A stretch of DNA of 64,000 nucleotides. Origin: Paraspadella gotoi (lineage: Eukaryota > Animalia > Chaetognatha). Below are positions 24,962 through 39,385 of the stretch, in pieces. How positions within the stretch are numbered: position 1 is the stretch's first letter; each line of letters starts with the position of its first letter. Where the stretch lies: assembly GCA_051294375.1 (NCBI GenBank), contig CM119267.1, positions 24,625,783 to 24,689,782 of the forward strand. Reading direction: 5' to 3'. A program made the position numbers and the translations under genes. The notes beneath the pieces were generated by a model, which did not search any database, had not been told where the DNA came from, and saw nothing but the letters and a program-made list of their open reading frames with translations.

Positions 24962-25696
24962 TTTTTTTTTTTACATCTTGCAGTTGCCTGGCTTTTGTGA
25001 TTGTATACCAAAAAGTTGCGCCCTGAACTTTTACTCTACAATTAAACACTTGTTAGCGGATTTTAACAATTTTTAACATATTAATTCCATCGGAGACATT
25101 CCGCCTGGTGAACAATTCTTGTGAATTAGTGCAAAGGAAAAAAATAAAAATAATGGGAGCGTCAAAAATTCGTTAAAAATGTATTAAAATATTATGATTA
25201 CATGATTAGAGTTAAAATTATGTTAAGTGATTAGAAAACAAAAATAGTGTCGACGAATTTATTATCTAAGGAATCGGAACTTATCCAACCCCCCCACTCA
25301 ACTGTTTGTACGTATATTTTGAATTTTCAATAAATGACTTCCTAACAATAATGATGGCTATTAACTTTAAAAAAAAAAACTAGGGCAGAAAGTAATTTTT
25401 AACCATGTGTAGTATAGATTTCCCAATGACGTTATTAAATATGAAATGAATAATAATTAAATCTAATAGTTGCGTGAAAAAGTATATTAAACTTTTATAT
25501 TCTTTTTAAAATTTAGTCTAATTTTTTCAACCAATATAAAAGTATTCATTCATTCAATAAATAAGCTATCTACCCCCATCTACAGGCTTTGGTGGTTTAA
25601 GGCCTCCATCACTCTTACAAGATAATATAATATGTAATCTAGTAATATTTTAAAACAATTAATCTTGTAATATCCATATATCATTTCCTCTCACAG

Positions 25697-27416
25697 TCAC
25701 AGCCCGAAATCCATGAGTACGTAATACAGTAGGAACGTTTGAAAGGCGAGCGACGCCGTCAAAAAGACGCACAGTAGAATCTGCATGGTCGTTGTCGTTC
25801 TCGTCATCCTCAGACCCAACGCCGTCGCGGTGGGCGTGTCCAAAAACGGCGCCGCCGACGCCAAAACGGCGCCGCTAGAGGTCAACACCGACGCCGCTCG
25901 ACGAAAGACTTCGGAAGGCGGAGCGATGGCGGGACTCGGCTCGGCGATGTCGGCGGGAGTGGCGGCAGGAGTTGTAGCAGCAGCAGCGGAGGCAGCAGCG
26001 TCGGAGATGTCGATAGGAGAAGAAGGAGAACAAAGATTCTTGAGCGGCAGGGATGTCGGCGGCTGCGGCGGCTTCGTAGACGGCTGCTGCGGAGGCGACT
26101 GCTGCTGTTGCGGAGGCGACGACCCGCCCATTTCTTCGATCAGAAGTTAAGAAGAAGAACAACAACAACGAAATTAAAATCGTTTTTGTTTTGTGTGTGT
26201 GTGTTTACAAGGAAAAGGAAAACCAAGTGATTTTCAGTGGCGGAGAGGGCCAAAGGCGAAGAGGGCCAGAGGCGAAGAGATCCAATGGCGGAGAGGGCCA
26301 AAGGCGAAGAGGGTGAAGGGCGAAGAGCCAGAAGATTTAAAAGGCGAAAAGACGAACGAGAATCAGCGACGATTTCGTTTTTGACAAAAGAAACGTTTGT
26401 CGTCGAAGTCAAATTATGAGTTTGTTTTTTTGGTTTTTTTTTGTCTTTTTTATTCTCTGACAAAAAAACAATGAAATTAAAAATAGCTTAAAGGATAAAA
26501 CAGGTACAGTAAAACTTATACTGTCTTTTTTATCGCTGTTTCTCCGATTTTACTAATTACCATTCGCTCTTTTCGTCTCTGCCATTTGCTTTACCATCTG
26601 CCGTGTAAAAGATGCCGCCTCCTCTCTTTAACTTCGCAATCTGAAAATGTTTTTCTTTCAATTTTTTTTTGCGACGTTTGGCGGGGTCCTTTTTTTGCCA
26701 CTTTGGGAAAGAAGAAAGGATAAGGGAAAAGAAAAGAAAGAGAGAAAAGAAAAGAAAGGGAGGAAAGAAAAGAAAGGAGGAAATTAGAAAAAGAATAGGA
26801 AAGGATAAAAAATAAGAAAAAAAGTAGGTAAAGAAATGAAAAAGTAAATGAAAGCAAAAGACAAGGATAAAATGAGAAAACAATAGCAAAGCTTTTTTTT
26901 TTTTTGTTTTTGTTTTTTTTTTTAATTTCAGAGAAAGTTTGATTTTTTTAATCTCAAAAACGGAAAAAAATGAAAAGAAAAGAAACAAGAAATTCGCCCG
27001 AGTGCATAGAAATGGCGGTTTTCAGGTTCTTTTTAGTTTTTAGTTTAAATTTTAAAAAATTACAGCATGATTTTTATCGTTTGTTACTTTTCGTGACGGT
27101 ATATCTATGCAAAAAGACAGAGACAAGACAAAATGCAGAGACAAGAGGCTAGACAGATATACGGACGACATTATGAAAAATGCTGCTAAAGGAGTATCGA
27201 AAGGTATCTTAGCATAGACTCTTATAAGATTCTTTGGTCGAGACCGAAATAAATGTAAAATGAGAATCGTCCCCTTGGTCAGCGAGTTCTTGAGAACCAA
27301 TGATATTCGTCCATCTGCCCGACCTGGTCTGCAATCCGCCAATGGAATTCGCGCCAAATAAGGAAATTCGCCCATGGAATCGAAATAGGGACATGGGAGG
27401 CCGATGGCGTCTTCGT

Positions 27417-27490
<74 letters not shown>

Positions 27491-28925
27491 TGAAACCCTG
27501 AAATAAAAACGGTTCCGGAATCTCGTAACGCTTTTCCCAAGGATACACTGTTACACGAAGGAGTCTGTTGTTGGATTCTTAAGGGTTAACAGATGCAAGG
27601 AATAAAAATGAGGGAAAAAAAGGAAAAATAAAAGAGAATTTGAATATCGTGTCGATTCAACTGGAAACTTAAAGATTTGTGTTTAATGATAAGTATGATA
27701 ATGTTACTTTTTATTGCTTTCAGTTTCAATACTTACTGAAAGTTTGCACTCCTTACGAAACAGAATATTTAATTGTCCTAATTGAAGGAACAATTACATA
27801 GCTATAATCGATAATAGCTATAAATTTCCTTTTTAGCGTTATCAGGGTCAAAATTATTCGATTGGTACTATTTTTTCAGAAGCGTCCGACTCTAATATTT
27901 TAACAAATCTCTAACATAATCTCTAACCATAATCCTTAGCTCTAACCTAACCTTAACCTAACCTAACCCTTAGCTCTAACCTAACCTAATCGTAATCCCT
28001 AACCTTATCTCTTATCCCCTAATTGAACTTTTTAACTTAATTCTAAATTTAAGCAGGAATCAGAAAACAACAACAACAACAACAAAACGACGCGAACTTT
28101 GCAAAGTCTCAAGGTTGAATTTCTTGCGATTTTAAATTCGACCTTTAAATTCTTAAATTCTAATCATTGAATACGAATTTTTTTTAAAAATTCGGAAACT
28201 GAGTTCGATTTTGCGTTGAGAATCTGGAATGGAAATAAATCAGTGGCGTTAAAGATAACTCTTTGACGAAGAAGTAAAATCTGAGCAGTTAATAATAAAT
28301 CTAAGCAGTTAATAATAAATCTGAGCAGTTAATAATAAATCTAAGCAGTTAATAATAAATCTAAGCAGTTAATAATAAATCTGAGCAGTTTCAAATAAAT
28401 CTCTAAAGCTACCGATGAATCGGAGGCGATAAAGTTAAATCTGTAAAAAAAAATCTGTAGCGCTACAAGTGAATCTCTGGTTCTATTTACAAATAAATCT
28501 ATGGGGCTGAAGCTAAATCTTTGACGCTCAAATTTAATCTATGGCGAAACAAATAAATTAGAGGCGATGAATATATACATGTGGCGCTACAAATAAATCT
28601 GTGGAGCTTCGAATAAATCAGTGAGGTAGAACATAAATCTTTGTTATTAAAAATAAATTTATTTATTTTTTTTGGGGGGGGGGGAAATTAGAGAAAGGCC
28701 GAGAAGATTTTTCTCTGACTCTGACCATGATTTTTTCTGGGCGTTTTAATTTTTTGGCGGAGGCAAGGACAACGACGACGACGACGACGATGACGACAAC
28801 GACGACGACAACGACGAAAACGACGCTTAGACGGACAACAAGTTGTGGATGTGTTGACCTCGTAGTGACCTTTCGGTGGAGAAATTCTTGGCGTTCTTTT
28901 ATTAGATCATGAGAGTAGCACTGAT

Positions 28926-28991
<66 letters not shown>

Positions 28992-29453
28992 TTTCTTCCA
29001 AAGAATGAAATGTTTTCAGGAGAACATCGGCATCCTTTCACTATGACAGTCGGTCTAAGAGACCGTCTGTCCGTTTTTAAATCCCCCGATCAAATTCGGT
29101 CGGTCAGTCTCTCAGTCCGTCTGTAAGTTTTTAAGTCCGTTGATCAGTAAGTCTAAGAAAGGTTTTCGGTTCGTCGTTTTCTCTCCGTTTTAAAATTGTT
29201 TTTTTATAGTCAAACGTCCTAGTTTAAATTATATTTTCGGTTTTATTTAAGATATTTAAAACAATTTATATTAACATGCAGAAGTTTGTCTCACCTTCGT
29301 CGCGGGCATCTTTTTCCCACGCGGCGTCGCCAGTCGCGTTGTCCTTAAAAAAAATAAACAAACAGAAATTTAAAAAAAAGAGCATCGAACAATAAAATAT
29401 TCCATGAACGAAAGTCGTAAAACAGATCATTCAAAAATTACGAGGAAGTCTCT

Positions 29454-29502
<49 letters not shown>

Positions 29503-29875
29503 GCTCTCCTCTCTCTCTCTCTTCTTCGCTCTCTCTCTCTTCTCTCTCTCTCTCTCTCTCTCGCTCTCTTTTATACTCATACCTTTTTTTATAGAATCCT
29601 CTTTTCCTACCCACGACGAAAACGAGACAACGTCGTCGTCTTCGTCGTCGTCGTCGTCGTCGTCGTCGTCTTCGTCGTCGTCGTCGTCGTCGTCGTTCGC
29701 TCGTTCTCTATTTATTTACTGTTTTATTCTCTCGGTTCATTTTATTTTCTTTACATCCAAAGTGGGCGTGACGCCGTTTCCGTCGAAACAGCGCCGCGAT
29801 TACACCGGCGTCGTTTTTTTAATGTCAAGGGATGAAATTTCAGGCGTTGTTATCTTCGCCGACGGCGGCGCTGTT
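25697..29875 (-). CDS. Putative multi-exon orphan gene; terminal exon has a Pro/Ala/Ser-rich stalk and C-terminal TM helix
   Basis: Terminal ORF 25697-26131 ends TTMQILLCVFLTASLAFQTFLLYYVLMDFGL*. Candidate upstream exons with splice signals at ~26560-26700, ~27160-27410, ~28700-28920, ~29299-29345, ~29755-29875. Linkage only partly checked. Confidence 0.45.
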
Positions 29876-31561
29876 TTATCGAGTTGGTTATTATAATGGC
29901 CGCCATTTGAGATTATACTGAAAGAAAAAATATATGGCATAAGCTTTCGCAATAATTAAATAACTGTGGAGGAAATAGTTTATCGTATAGTAAAGTTGAT
30001 ATTCTACTCTTTTCTATTATTTTTTGTTTACATTCAAGTTAATTCATTCCTAATTTACCCCGTTTTTAATTACAGAGAAAAACCATTTACAGCCAAAGAA
30101 GATCGTTCGTGCCACCTGGAGACTCGCTCCTCAATCGACATTTAATTTACATCCTGGGAGGTGGATCCTTACATCCGGGGAGCGTTCTCCCTTTATCTGA
30201 GACTTTGGGTCTCTATGTAAATGAGATTTTGATCCTCTAATCCGGGTATTTTGATCCCAAAATCCGGGGATGCCGATCCCATCAATGTTGATCCCAACTC
30301 CAAGTGAGGATCCCTACATCTTGGTTATTTTCCCCGGCTCCCCAGTCCCCCCCAGTCCCCAGTCCCCACATCACCGATCCCTAAATCAAAAGATTTAGAT
30401 CCTCACATTTGTTAAGGTTGATCCCTATTTAGAAAATATGGTACATTGGAGAATTTGGACTTTTACATCTGACCCGTGCATACAGGTTGGCGGATCCCTT
30501 CATCTCAAAAAAAAGAGAGATCCATACATCTGGGGATGTTCATCTCTACATAGGGGGATGTTAAAACCTACATCTGGGGAAGTTGATCCGTATGTCTGTG
30601 GATGATGGGCCATACATCTGGGGAAGTAGATCCGTACATCAGAGGATGAAAAGGTTAACAGAATCCCAGAAAACGATTTCTTCAAAAATCGAAATCTTCT
30701 TCAATACAAACATGAGAGAGAAAACGGGGGGGGCAGGGGGGAGTAAAGTCAGTTTATAACCGAAGAGAGAAACAAAACGGTTCTGACTGTACCCGGCGGA
30801 CGAATCAAGGAAAAAACACGCGAATGAGATTTGATTAAAATCGGAGAAAAAAAGACTCATTAGGACTGAGAGAGAGAGAGAGAGAGAGACGGGAAGAGCA
30901 AGCAGCAGATGTAGAGAGAGAGAGAGACGAGAGAGAAGAGAGAGAGAGCAGAGAGAAGGAGAGAGAGAGAGAAATGGATCTGCCGAGCGAACAACCACGG
31001 AGATGGTCTGTTGGGGCGTAACGCTGAGCGTTTCAGAGCGTCGTGTGTCACGCTTTGGCTAGAGTAGGTTGGCGTGGCAAACGAGCGGCGTGTCTTGTTC
31101 GGTTAAAAACCCAGAACCGTGATTGTGATGACTCATTAAATGACCGATTAGAATCTGTCGGCCGGATTAAATTCTGTCGGCCGGATTAAAATATGTCGGC
31201 CGGATTAACAAACGCGAAAAAAAATGAGTGAAAAGCGAAAATTGAAAAGTCGAATTTAGTTGTGAAAATTAGTGAGACGCTAGTCACGTGATGGGTCTCG
31301 ATCCGGAGAAAGATAATAAACTTGTAGATCAGTTCGAGTTATCATAATATGTTTATTCTTAAGTTCACATATATTTCGAAGAAAATATCTCAGCTTTGAA
31401 TTAAAATTCGTAGCGAAAAGGATGAAGACGTGGACGTTAAAATGTATAAATGAATAAATCAAATAAATAAATAAAATTGAACTAATACCTACTAACTACT
31501 GAAGCCTCAGCCTTCTTCTCTTCCCTATTTCTTTCATTCTCAGCTTTTTTTTTACGTTTTA

Positions 31562-31905
31562 AGTTGCTCCGCGAGTACTCGCGGAGCAACTCTGTAAGTC
31601 ACTTTTCGGTCGGTCTGTCGGTCGGTCGGTATATCCCACTTACTTTAAAAATGCATATAATTTTCCTATAGTTGGTTGCTCTTTTGTTAAGACAGAAAAA
31701 ACCTCAAATCTAAGGGACTGCAAGCGCCGCCTTCAGGAAATCCTAAAACTAAAATAGAATAAAAGGCAGAATTTTGATGCGGTGCATGTCATAAATACAC
31801 GAGCTGAGAAAGTTATTTTAGTCATATCGTCATGTTATGTCACTTCATATCATGTCATGTCACGTCATGTCACGAGAAATACACGTGATAAGGCAGTCGC
31901 TGCGG
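31562..31905 (+). mobile_element. Helentron/HINE (DINE-1-like) non-autonomous element
   Basis: Starts with a perfect 30-bp palindrome AGTTGCTCCGCGAGTACTCGCGGAGCAACT, then (GTCG)n, a conserved core gcgccgccttcaggaaatcctaaaact, and ends near gaaatacacgtg...ctgcggcgcag. Copies at 43.4, 54.1, 61.65 kb. Confidence 0.6.
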
Positions 31906-32569
31906 CGCAGTGTTCACTCAATTTTTAATCATTTTCCGGCCCTTTTCCCACCATTTTTTCCTACCCTTTTCCTACCCTTTTCCCACCATTTTTTCCTACC
32001 CTTTTCCATCCCTTTTCCTACCCTTTTTCTTCCATTTTCCTATCAATTTTTCATCGTTTAATCTCATTTTTCCTCCCGTTTTCTACCCTTTTACTACCCT
32101 TTTAGAAACCTTTTCTATCCATTTTCCCATCGTTTTCCTACCTTTTTCCTACATTTTCCCACCACAAAAAGAAAATTACAAAGTCTCTACGTTCGTCCTT
32201 CATGGAAACGCCAGAGTCTCCCGCGAGACAGAAGCAAAGATGGAACAAGAAACGACGACGAAACAGAAAACAGAAAACAAAACAAAAAAACAGAAAACGA
32301 ACAACGATCGATTAAAAAAATTATGTTAATTAACGACAGGAGAAAAAAATATCGAGAGTCAAACAAGAAGTTTAATAAAATAAACTGGAAAAAAAATGGC
32401 GAATGTTTTTCTAGAAAATCCAAGTTTTTTTGTTTCTCTTTCTTTATTTCCTTTTTTTTTTTTAGTTTTTGGATCATGTGTCCAGTTTTGGGATCCGAGA
32501 TTCTCAACTCGAGTTCCTCAGTTCCACACTTGAATTCGGGACGATTTCGAAGGGAAGGGGGGAAGTGAA

Positions 32570-33500
32570 CGAAGACGACGACGACGAAGACAATCGACGA
32601 GACGACGACGACGACGACGACAAGACGACGACGACGACGACGACGACGACGTGACGAAGACGACGACGACGACGAGACGACGACGACGGAAGACGACAGA
32701 CGACGAACGACGAAGACGACGATGAAGACGACGACGAAGACGGACGCCGAAAGACGAAGACGACGACGAAGCACGACGACGAAGACGACGAGACGAAGAC
32801 GCACGCAGAGAACGACGAGCACGACGAAGACGACGACGACGACGACGACGAAGACGACGACGACGCAGAAGACGACGACGAAGACGACGGAATGACGACA
32901 AGACGAAGACGACGATGAAGACGACACGAAGACGCACCGAAGCACAGAAAGACGACGACGAAGACGACGACGACGAAGACGACGAAGACGAAGACGAGAC
33001 GACGATGAAGACGACGACGAAGACGAACGGAAAAGACGAAGACGAAGACGACGATGAAGACGACGACGAAGACGAGACAAACGAAGACGACGAGACGCAA
33101 GACGACGACGAAGACGACGACGAAGACGACGACGACGATGACGAAGACGACGAAGAAGAAAGACGACGAACGAGACGACGACGAAGAAGACGACGACGAA
33201 GCACGACGACGACGGAGATGACGACGACGAAGACGACGAAGACCAAGACGAGACGACGAAGACGACGACGACGACGACGACGAGAAGACCGACGCACGAC
33301 GACGAAGACGACGACGAAGACGAAGACGGACGACGATTGCGTGACGAACAACTTTTCGACACTTTACTGACATGACAACGACGATGACGAAGTTCGAAGA
33401 CGATGACGATGACTAAATTAGCGACGTACAACTTCGAAGTCAGTCGGTGAGGATGACAACGACGGTCAGGGTTTCGACAATGACGACGACGACGACGACG
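32570..33500. repeat. Degenerate (GAC/GAA)n triplet array
   Basis: About 900 bp of gacgacgaagac with frequent 1-2 nt slips; no stable reading frame. Confidence 0.85.
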
Positions 33501-34249
33501 ACGACAACAGAAAGACGAAGAGGAAACAGCTTCCTTTTCGCTTTAATCGGATGACGAAATTTAATTAAAAAACAATTTCTTTGTTTTCTCACCTTTGGCT
33601 TTACTTTTTTTTTTCTTTTATTTCTAGGTTTTAACCATGAGACGGATAGATATCACGATAGTAAATTCATACCAATATCAGTCCAAGATTAGTTTTTCTT
33701 TCACTTATTTATTATAAATGAAAATTTTCACAAGCTGTTCGAGTTTTTTCTTTATTCGTCTATTATTCAACCAAAGATTTGGATACAAACGTGGATCTGA
33801 TTGTATATTGTATAATTTTATTTTATTTTACTTACATTTTATTTCACAGTTCCAGTGCAATGCGCTCGCGCTTCGTCTCTTAGCCCCTTCGTCGGGGTTT
33901 CTAGCCCTAGCGAGATAAGGTCACTTAAAAATGTTAATCAACTCGGAAAAATCCCCTGGAAACACTAATTGAGCTCCCGAGCTACACCGTCGGTCGATTT
34001 AGTTTGTTTGTATTTGTTAAAAAACTTGGAAACTGAAACTAAAACTGTGTTTTGTTTTTGTTTTTTCTTTGTTTTTGTTTTTTTTTCAAGCAAGAGAGAA
34101 AGAATTTGTCGTTAAAAGTAAAAACTTAAATAAATAATAAAGTCGATATTGATTTAATTCTTTCGTAATTTTAGCGCCAGAAATCAATTGTATTCTTTCT
34201 CGGATTTCCACAATCAACTAAGCAAATATATTTCGGTAAATTGATATAT

Positions 34250-34505
34250 GAAATTGGTACAACCAATATAAAAATTATCCATTCATTTAATAAATAAGCT
34301 ATCTTGTCCCTGACTTTGGACAGCTTTGGTGGTTTAAGGCCTCCATCACACTTACAAGATAATAACATAGCAGGTTTCTGCAAGCTTTCAATCAAGACTC
34401 TCTCACAGTCTTATTTATTCACTCCCAGTGAACCTGGCTTTCCTATCAATGAAGTGGTATAATATTTCAAAAGAATGTTTCAATTGTATGAAAAGACCAC
34501 TCCCT
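34250..34505 (-). mobile_element. ~270-bp dispersed repeat family, copy
   Basis: Reverse complement of the 17965-18215 element. Confidence 0.75.
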
Positions 34506-35787
34506 TATGTTGTTACTAGGAGAAAATTAATCAAATTTATCGTCATTTTTAAAGAGACAAAATCTGATTCTGGATTCAAGAATAACTTGATTCTAAGCTT
34601 CATAGAAATTTGGTTCTGAATTCAACAGATACGCGATTCCCAATTCCTTAGTTAAATCTGAATAGGATAGGAACTTAATTCAGAATCCGAAATAATTCGT
34701 TCTGAATTCGATCCTCAAACTCGATTTCTGATTGGTCAATCTCGCCCGTCTTGATTGGTCTTAATTGGCCAATCTCGCCCCTCTCCGCCAGGTTATTTAA
34801 TGAAACCGGTTAGGTTACAATTCTATCCAGTCAGACGGGACAAAGACAAGAAAGGAAGAAGAAGATAATTAAAGGAATAAATAATAAGGAGAAGAAGAGA
34901 GAAGAGGAAAGAGGATGATAGAAGAGAAGGGTTGCGGGAGTAAAGCAGAAGTCTTTAAGACATTTGTGAAAATTACAAAATCAATATCTTTCGTTTTATA
35001 ATGAAAATTCAAAATGACTTTGAAGCATTTTAATTTTTTGTACAAGAAGCTTTTCATTTCGAATTTTGTAACTATAAACAAGCGGTTTAAAACTATAAAA
35101 AAGTAATATTTTTTTAAAAGTAAAAATTTGTAGCAAAAGAAGTAGGAAATTCGAACTAAACAATCTATTAAACAATATTATTTTATAACGATAAATTAGT
35201 ACATACACCTTTTTTTCAGTAATTATTTCTACTTTTCATAAGTTTTAAAAATTATCCCAAGCAAAATTTATTAACAATTCAAATAAAGTTGCTATTATTT
35301 TTTTGTCAGTTTTCACTTGGTGGAGCCCATAGTCTTCAAACAAAAGTTGAATTTTTATTTTATGTAAATTTTCAGTGATGACCAAATACCTAATCTCGTT
35401 ATACGAAGCAGTAGTAAACTGACTACGACTTGACTGTTAGTTTTGAAGGGGTTTGACAGTTGTGGTTCATTAAATCTCTGGAATGCTGACGAATCTAATA
35501 TTGTATATTTGGAATGATGGATATACTTTGTATTGCTTTGAAGGAAAAGAAGTCAAAGCGTTAAAGAAATTTAAAAATAAAAATAAAGAAATATATATGA
35601 TTCATAAATGAAAAAAATTGAGTCACCGGCAACCTAAAATATATATTTTAAAGGGAATTAAACAAAAAAATACAACAATACAATACAATACAACAATATA
35701 GTAAAACAAAAAAAGAACTAATGAAAAACGACTCAAAAAAAAAAAAAAGAATTGTATTCAAATCCATACAGATCTCTCAGCCCTAAA

Positions 35788-38155
35788 ATGAGCGGTTCAC
35801 GACTCAGACTCTTTTTAACGTCCTGCATCTTTGTCGGCGTCGTCATCGTCCTCGTCATCGGCTCTCCTGTCGCAGCCGCCGCCGCCGCCTCCGGCCCTTA
35901 CCAGCCGAACTGGGCCTCCCTGGACGCTCGCCCGTTACCCGCTTGGTACGACGACGCCAAAGTGGGCGTGTTCCTTCACTGGGGCGTCTTCTCCGTCCCG
36001 AGTTTCGGCGACGAGTGGTTCTGGTTCAGATGGGGAAACGGGGACAATAAATCCGTCGAGTTTATGAAGGAGAATTATCGACCTGGATTCACTTACGCGG
36101 AATTCGCTCCGATGTTCAGAGCGGGAATGTTTAGACCGAATGGTAAGGAAATGAGGAAAGGCAGCGGTGGAACGGGGGTGAGGTGGCGCGTGAACGGGAG
36201 GTTGGACGATTGTTTGGTCAAGGGTAAGACTCGGAATGAGTCACCGGAACCGGAGAGTAACTCGGGCCATGTTTTATCCCTTTTAGCTTTAAAATGATGT
36301 TTTGTTATGTCCTTCACGTATTTACATACGTAAATGTATTAGAACTTAGCAATAAAAAAAATTTAGATTGTTTAAAATAGTTTAAAAACGGATTCACATG
36401 GACCGTTAAAAAAGTTGTTTGTAATTTGTCTGCAATTGTTTTGTTTGTCTGTTTGTTTTTTTAATATTTTGATGATAAGTAAATCTTTAAAAAGGCGATT
36501 GAGTTGTTGGTGATATTAAATCTTTAAATCTTTAAATCTTTAAATCTTTAAATCTTTAAATCTTTAAAAAGGCTTTTGAGTTGTTGGTGATATTAAATCT
36601 TTAAATCTTTAAATCTTTAAATCTTTAAATCTTTAAATCTTTAAATCTTTAAATCTTTAAAAAGGCGATTGAGTTGTTGGTGATATTAAATCGGGTGAGG
36701 CACTCGGCGATTAAAACGAATTAAGACGAATTCCCTAACTTTTACGAAAAGGTAATAAATAAATGATATGACTATATATATTTATATTTATATGTAACCG
36801 ATCCTCATTTCAAGATTGGGCGGACCTCTTTGAGAAAAGCGGCGCCAAGTATGTCGTCCTCACGAGCAAGCATCACGAAGGATACACCAATTGGCCGTCA
36901 AGCAGAAGGTGAGCAAGCAACGAAAACAATCAAACGACGTTAAAACAATAACAATAATGTTAATGATTCCTCAAGCTTAAAAAACAAAATCGAAAACAAT
37001 GTACGAAAATTTTAAATATACTACTTAATTCGTATTTTTATTAATTCGCCGTTAATAACTTAATTACAAAATCGATATTTTGTCATGCTCCTAATTTTCT
37101 AAATTTCATAATTACTTAATTTTATAAAATTCTCCAAATTTCAAATTTCTAATTTCTAATTCTCCAAATTTCCTAAATTCCTATAATTCACATTTAAAGC
37201 TTCAACTGGAACTCGATGGACGTCGGACCCAAACGCGATCTGGTGGGAGATTTAGCTGCAGCAGTCAGAGAAAAAAAAGGCATCAAATTTGGTCTTTATC
37301 ATTCCTGGTTCGAGTGGTTTCATCCACTCTATTTACAGGTTAGAATGGTTGAGTTCTATCAACAAGTAAGAGTATTTATCTATGAAATTGGTACAACGAA
37401 TATAAAAATTATCCATTCTTTTAATAAGTAACCAATCTTGCCCCTGACTTTGGACAGGCTTTGGTGGTTTAAGGCCTCCATCAATCTTACAAGAAAATAA
37501 CATTGCTGGTCCCTGCAAGCTTTCAATCAGGACTCTCTCGCAGTCTCGTTTATTCACTCCCAGAGTACCTGTAGGGTGTGCCAAAAAATTTTCAAAATCA
37601 TCGTAGCTCAATTTACATCTGGCAAAATATGGTTGGGAATAATAAAAGGTTTCAGCCGCATTCCTCATCTAAATCAGTTCAACCCCCAAAGCCCTACCCT
37701 CGCTTGAAGGATTTCTGACGAGATTATTGATTGAGACAGTTAAAAAAAAAAATAAATTTAAACTATTATCTTCTGCAGGACAAACACAACAATTGGCAGA
37801 CGAACGACTTCGTCACCTCAAAGACTTACCCGGAACTGATTGAGATCGTCACCAAATACAAACCGGAACTGATTTGGAGCGACGGGGATTGGGAGGCGCC
37901 TTCTTGGTATTGGAATTCGACGAGATTCTTGGCTTGGCTCTACAACGACAGTCCAGTCAAAGACACAGTCGTCGTGAACGATAGATGGGGCATGGGGACT
38001 TTCTGCAAGCACGGAGGATATTGGAATTGCGAAGGTTGATTGATTGATTGATTGGTTGATTGGTTGATTGATTGGTTGATTGATAATGATGATGGTGATA
38101 ATAATGTCAACGATAATGATGATGATTGATGATAAAGATTTGGTTGATTGTGAGA

Positions 38156-38251
<96 letters not shown>

Positions 38252-38958
38252 CATTGTCTGCGAAGCAGTTCATCTGCCGATATTCAATTAATAATATACA
38301 TACTAAAATAATATAATTGCCTCCACTAATCCATCAAACAATCAATCCATTCAATCAATCAATCAACCCCTTCCTTTCGCACTCAGACCGTTTCCAACCG
38401 AGCAAACCCTTGAATCACAAATGGGAGAACGCCTTCACAGTCGACAAGTCCAGCTGGGGCTACAGTCGCCTCACTCCGCTCTCGGGTTACCTCACACCGG
38501 AAGAGCTCGTCCACAAGATCGTCGAGACCGTCTCTCTAGGCGGCAACGCGCTCGTCAACGTTGGCCCGACGGCCGACGGTCGCCTCTTGCCCATCTTCCA
38601 AGAGCGTCTCTTGCAGATGGGTCGTTGGTTGGGCATCAATGGAGAGGCCATCTACGCTACGAAGTTCTGCCAAACGTTTCAGAACGACTCGTTGACGAAG
38701 GACGTCTTCTACACTTGCGCCAAGAACGTCCCTTCAGTCTCTTACGCCATCTTCTTCCGTCTGCCCGTCGATAAAAAGCTCGTGCTCGGATCCGTCGCTC
38801 AATGCCCGACAACGCCGCCCGTCATGCTCGGGGCGCCGGGCAAGATCGGGTGTCGCCGGGTGGAAGGGCGAGGGATCGAATTGGATCTCAGCGGCGTCGT
38901 CGACGTCGTTGAGGCTAATTCGTTGAAGTGGGCGTGGAGCGTCAAGATGAAGAAATGA
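35788..38958 (+). CDS. FUCA: Alpha-L-fucosidase (GH29), complete, 471 aa with signal peptide
   Basis: Five phase-consistent exons 35788-36142, 36815-36908, 37200-37338, 37779-38034, 38387-38958 (1416 nt). Motifs [52 protein letters not shown] (nucleophile Asp), [32 protein letters not shown]. Confidence 0.97.
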
Positions 38959-39385
38959 GGGTTAGGGATTAGGGTCAGTGATTAGGGTTAAAAATAAAGG
39001 ATTAAAGTTAATGATTAAGGTTAGGGATTAGGATTAGGGATTAAGGATTAGGGTTAAGATTAGGGTTAATGATTAAGGTTAGGGATTAAGGTTAGTGACT
39101 AAGAATTAGGGTTAAGATTAGGGTTAAAAATAAGGGATAAAGATTAGGCTTAATAATTAAGGTGAAGGATTAGGGTTAGTGATTAGAGATTATGGTTAAG
39201 ATTAGGGTTAAAAAAAAGGGAGAAAGGATTAGGCTTAATGATTAAGGTTAGAGATTAGGGTTAAGGGATTAGGGTTTAAGATTAGGGTTAAAAATAAGGG
39301 ATAAAGGATTAGAGTTAGGTTTAAGATTGTGTTTAGGGATTAAGGTCACAGATTAGGATACAAGTTAAAGAAAATTATAAGGTTT
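38958..39385 (+). repeat. Degenerate interstitial TTAGGG-like array
   Basis: About 430 bp of ttaggg/ttagga/ttaagg variants starting at the fucosidase stop. Similar arrays at 4500-4680, 9720-9840, 21035-21080, 27915-28020, 55405-55545, 62925-63055. Confidence 0.8.
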
